64,000 bases of DNA, taken from positions 992,001 to 1,056,000 of the forward strand of contig CBDCVK010000010.1 of the NCBI GenBank assembly GCA_965223005.1, read 5' to 3'. Both the position numbers and the translations under genes were made by a program. Below, piece by piece: positions 61,610 to 64,000 of the stretch (within the stretch, counting starts at the first letter, position 1; the number at the start of each line of letters is the position of its first letter). The DNA is from Terriglobia bacterium. Its GTDB lineage: Bacteria > Acidobacteriota > Terriglobia > JAJPHL01 > JAPKYU01. The notes beneath the pieces were generated by a model. The model made no database searches. It was given only the letters and a program-made list of their open reading frames with translations, and was not told the DNA's origin.

Positions 61610-61711
61610 CTACACACCTCAATCGGTTAGGGTGATGAGTTCAACGAGCAATGAGTGAAACCCGATGGCGTGCCGAGCCTGCCTTAACTCATGACTCTTC
61701 ACTCAAACTGT

Positions 61712-62278
61712 TTAACTCTTAACCTGCCCGGCAGACTCGGAGGATTGCGGCCGGGACTGCTGCGCCTGCTTTTTCGGGGCCAGAATCGCGATGATGGTAT
61801 GCCCTTCCATGCGCCCGCGACTCTCGACCATACCCAGGCCCGAGATGTCCTGAATCAAGCGCTCCAACACCTGCCGTCCGATGTTGGAGTGGGTGATCTC
61901 GCGACCGCGAAACACGATGACCACCTTGACCTTGTCCCCTTCCGTGAGAAAGCGCGCGACATGGTTCTTCTTGAACTGGTAATCGTGCTCATCCACGTTG
62001 GGCCGGAACTTGACTTCCTTGACCACCACATGATGCTGGCGCTTGCGAGCCTCGTGTGCGCGCTTGCTCTCCTGGTAGAGGAACTTGCCGTGGTCCATGA
62101 TCCTGCACACGGGCGGCTGTGCAGTGGCCGAAATCTCTACCAGATCCAGGCGCTGCTGGCGGGCGATCTTGATTGCCTCGCTGGGAGGCATGATGCCCAA
62201 TTGCTCCCCGGAATCGGAAATGACGCGTACCTCACGGGCACGGATGCGCTCGTTGATACGGTTCGGGCGTTGGGCGAT
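61712..62278 (-). CDS. infC: Translation initiation factor IF-3 (ATC start)
   Basis: RINERIRAREVRVI upstream of the track ORF; DLVEI, PPVCRIMD, KEVKFRP; AAAGGAGG 6 nt before ATC. Confidence 0.93.
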   Translation of the reverse strand: MAQRPNRINERIRAREVRVISDSGEQLGIMPPSEAIKIARQQRLDLVEISATAQPPVCRIMDHGKFLYQESKRAHEARKRQHHVVVKEVKFRPNVDEHDYQFKKNHVARFLTEGDKVKVVIVFRGREITHSNIGRQVLERLIQDISGLGMVESRGRMEGHTIIAILAPKKQAQQSRPQSSESAGQVKS

Positions 62279-62354
62279 AAAAATCCTCCTTTACTAACCG
62301 TGGAAACAGGGATTCCTGCGCTGGCCGGCCGCGGCCGCCCCCAGGGAAGCCGAC

Positions 62355-62363
62355 AGTATAGCA
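62355..62363 (-). promoter_or_regulatory. Extended -10 for infC-rpmI-rplT
   Basis: TGCTATACT in the thrS-infC spacer. Confidence 0.5.
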
Positions 62364-62432
62364 CAGCGCGACTTCGCTGGGCGGGGATGGAAACAGTTGT
62401 TTTCTTCCACTGTTTTCATCCGGCGGGCGTTC

Positions 62433-64000
62433 TCATTCTGCTGGAACCTTGCGCTCGACCAGCTCCTGTGTCTCGGCGATGAACTGCTCCAGGCTGCGGC
62501 TGCCCAGGTCGCCGTGCCGCCGGTTCCGGACGCTGACGGTGCCCTCCCGCGCCTCCCGGTCGCCCACCACCAGCATATAGGGGACCTTCTGCAGCTGCGC
62601 CTCCCGAATCTTGAAGCTCACCTTCTCGTTTCGCTCATCGGGACGGGCGCGTAGCCCGGCCTCCTTCAGGCGGGCCGCCACCCGCCGGCCGTAGTCGTGG
62701 TGCCGGTCGCTGATGGGCAGCACCACAGCCTGCACCGGGGCCAGCCACAGCGGGAACGCCCCGGCGTAGTGTTCCAGTAGCACGCCGAAGAAGCGCTCCA
62801 CCGCCCCGTACAGGGCACGGTGCACCATCAGCGGCTGGTGCGGCTTGCCATCCTCAGCGATGTACTCGAGCCCGAAGCGGTGGGGCAGCGTAAAGTCAAA
62901 CTGGATGGTGCTGAGCTGCCACGGGCGGCCCAGCGCGTCCAGCAGCTTCAGGTCAATCTTGGGGCCGTAAAAGGCAGCCTCGTCGTGCATGATCTGGACG
63001 GAGATGCCACGCTCCTCTAGTGCCTGGCGCAACGCGGTTTCCGCCAGACGCCACTGCTCGGGGGTGCCGTCGTACTTACCCGAGGCGCCGTCATCCCAGG
63101 TGGACAGCTCCACCTGGTAGCGTTCGAAGCCGAAGGTATCGAGCACGTGGAGCGCGAAATCCAGGCAACCCACCACTTCGTCTTTGATCTGCTCCGGAGT
63201 GCAAAAGATGTGCGCGTCGTCCTGGGTGAAGCCGCGGACGCGGAGCAGCCCGTGCATCACTCCGCTGCGCTCGTAGCGGTAGACCGTTCCCAACTCGCCG
63301 AACCGGACCGGCAACTCGCGGTAACTGCGCAGTCGATCCTGGTAGATGAGGATGTGGAAGGGGCAGTTCATCGGCCGGAGCTGGTACTGGGCGTCCTCCA
63401 GCTCCATCGGGATGAACATGTTCTGGGCGTAGAAGTTGGTGTGCCCGCTCTTCTTCCACAGGTCCAGCCGGGCCACGTGCGGCGTGTACACCAGGTCATA
63501 GCCATGCTTCAGATACTCGTCCCGCATCCAATCTTCCATGATCTTGCGGACCAGGCTGCCCTTGGGATGCCAGAAGATCAGTCCTGGCCCGGCGGCCTCC
63601 TGGACGCTGAACAGGTCCAGCTCGCGTCCCAGCTTGCGGTGGTCTCGCCGGCGGGCCTCCTCCAGCCTGGCCAGATACTGTTCCAGCTCCTTGCGGGTGT
63701 AGAAGCTGGTCCCGTAGATGCGCTGCATCTGAGGGTTGTGCTCGTCGCCCTTCCAGTAGGCGCCGGCAACGGACAGCAGCTTGAAGGCCTTGATCTTGCC
63801 GGTCGAGGGAATGTGCGGCCCGCGGCAGAAATCAATGAAGTTCGGCCCCAACGTGTAGCAAGAAAACACATCTTCGGCCTTCTCATTGATCAGCTCGCAC
63901 TTCATCTGCTCGCCCATCCCTGCAAATTTCTTCAGACCCTCTTGCTTGGGGAATAGCAACCGGTCGTAGGGGAGATCCTTCTCGACCAGTTCCTGCATCT
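62433..64000 (-). CDS. thrS: Threonine--tRNA ligase (5' part outside window)
   Basis: CRGPH, RDHRKLG, RPMNCP, RGFTQDDAH, FYGPKID. Confidence 0.97.
   Translation of the reverse strand, partial: MQELVEKDLPYDRLLFPKQEGLKKFAGMGEQMKCELINEKAEDVFSCYTLGPNFIDFCRGPHIPSTGKIKAFKLLSVAGAYWKGDEHNPQMQRIYGTSFYTRKELEQYLARLEEARRRDHRKLGRELDLFSVQEAAGPGLIFWHPKGSLVRKIMEDWMRDEYLKHGYDLVYTPHVARLDLWKKSGHTNFYAQNMFIPMELEDAQYQLRPMNCPFHILIYQDRLRSYRELPVRFGELGTVYRYERSGVMHGLLRVRGFTQDDAHIFCTPEQIKDEVVGCLDFALHVLDTFGFERYQVELSTWDDGASGKYDGTPEQWRLAETALRQALEERGISVQIMHDEAAFYGPKIDLKLLDALGRPWQLSTIQFDFTLPHRFGLEYIAEDGKPHQPLMVHRALYGAVERFFGVLLEHYAGAFPLWLAPVQAVVLPISDRHHDYGRRVAARLKEAGLRARPDERNEKVSFKIREAQLQKVPYMLVVGDREAREGTVSVRNRRHGDLGSRSLEQFIAETQELVERKVPAE

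Overview
High-GC bacterial chromosome segment, most likely from Acidobacteriota (inferred from gene content, short PheT and the style of the hypothetical proteins). Most of it is core genome: gltX, ccdA/tlpA, pcrA/uvrD, add, serA, a cyclophilin, hup, a Kdo/heptose LPS operon, secA, ftsA-ftsZ and the thrS-infC-rpmI-rplT-pheS-pheT-zapB-zapA-ymdB block. I saw no rRNA, tRNA, CRISPR array or transposase. The strongest candidate for an undescribed system is a ~9 kb cobalamin-dependent methyl-transfer/C1 cluster at 28389-37389. It encodes a Zn-type MtaA/CmuA-family methyltransferase, a corrinoid protein, a RACE/ASKHA activator, a MetF-MetV fusion, a pterin-binding methyltransferase and a 'virulence factor'-family protein, with divergent GntR-purU. 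It also contains two unknown Cys/His-motif proteins, one of them internally duplicated. Other signals: degenerate 7-mer-periodic hairpin elements in about ten gene junctions, phased 11-bp arrays, a 7-codon relay ORF between waaA and lpxK, an unannotated 53-aa very basic protein, an ATC-initiated infC and a repeat-extended L20.
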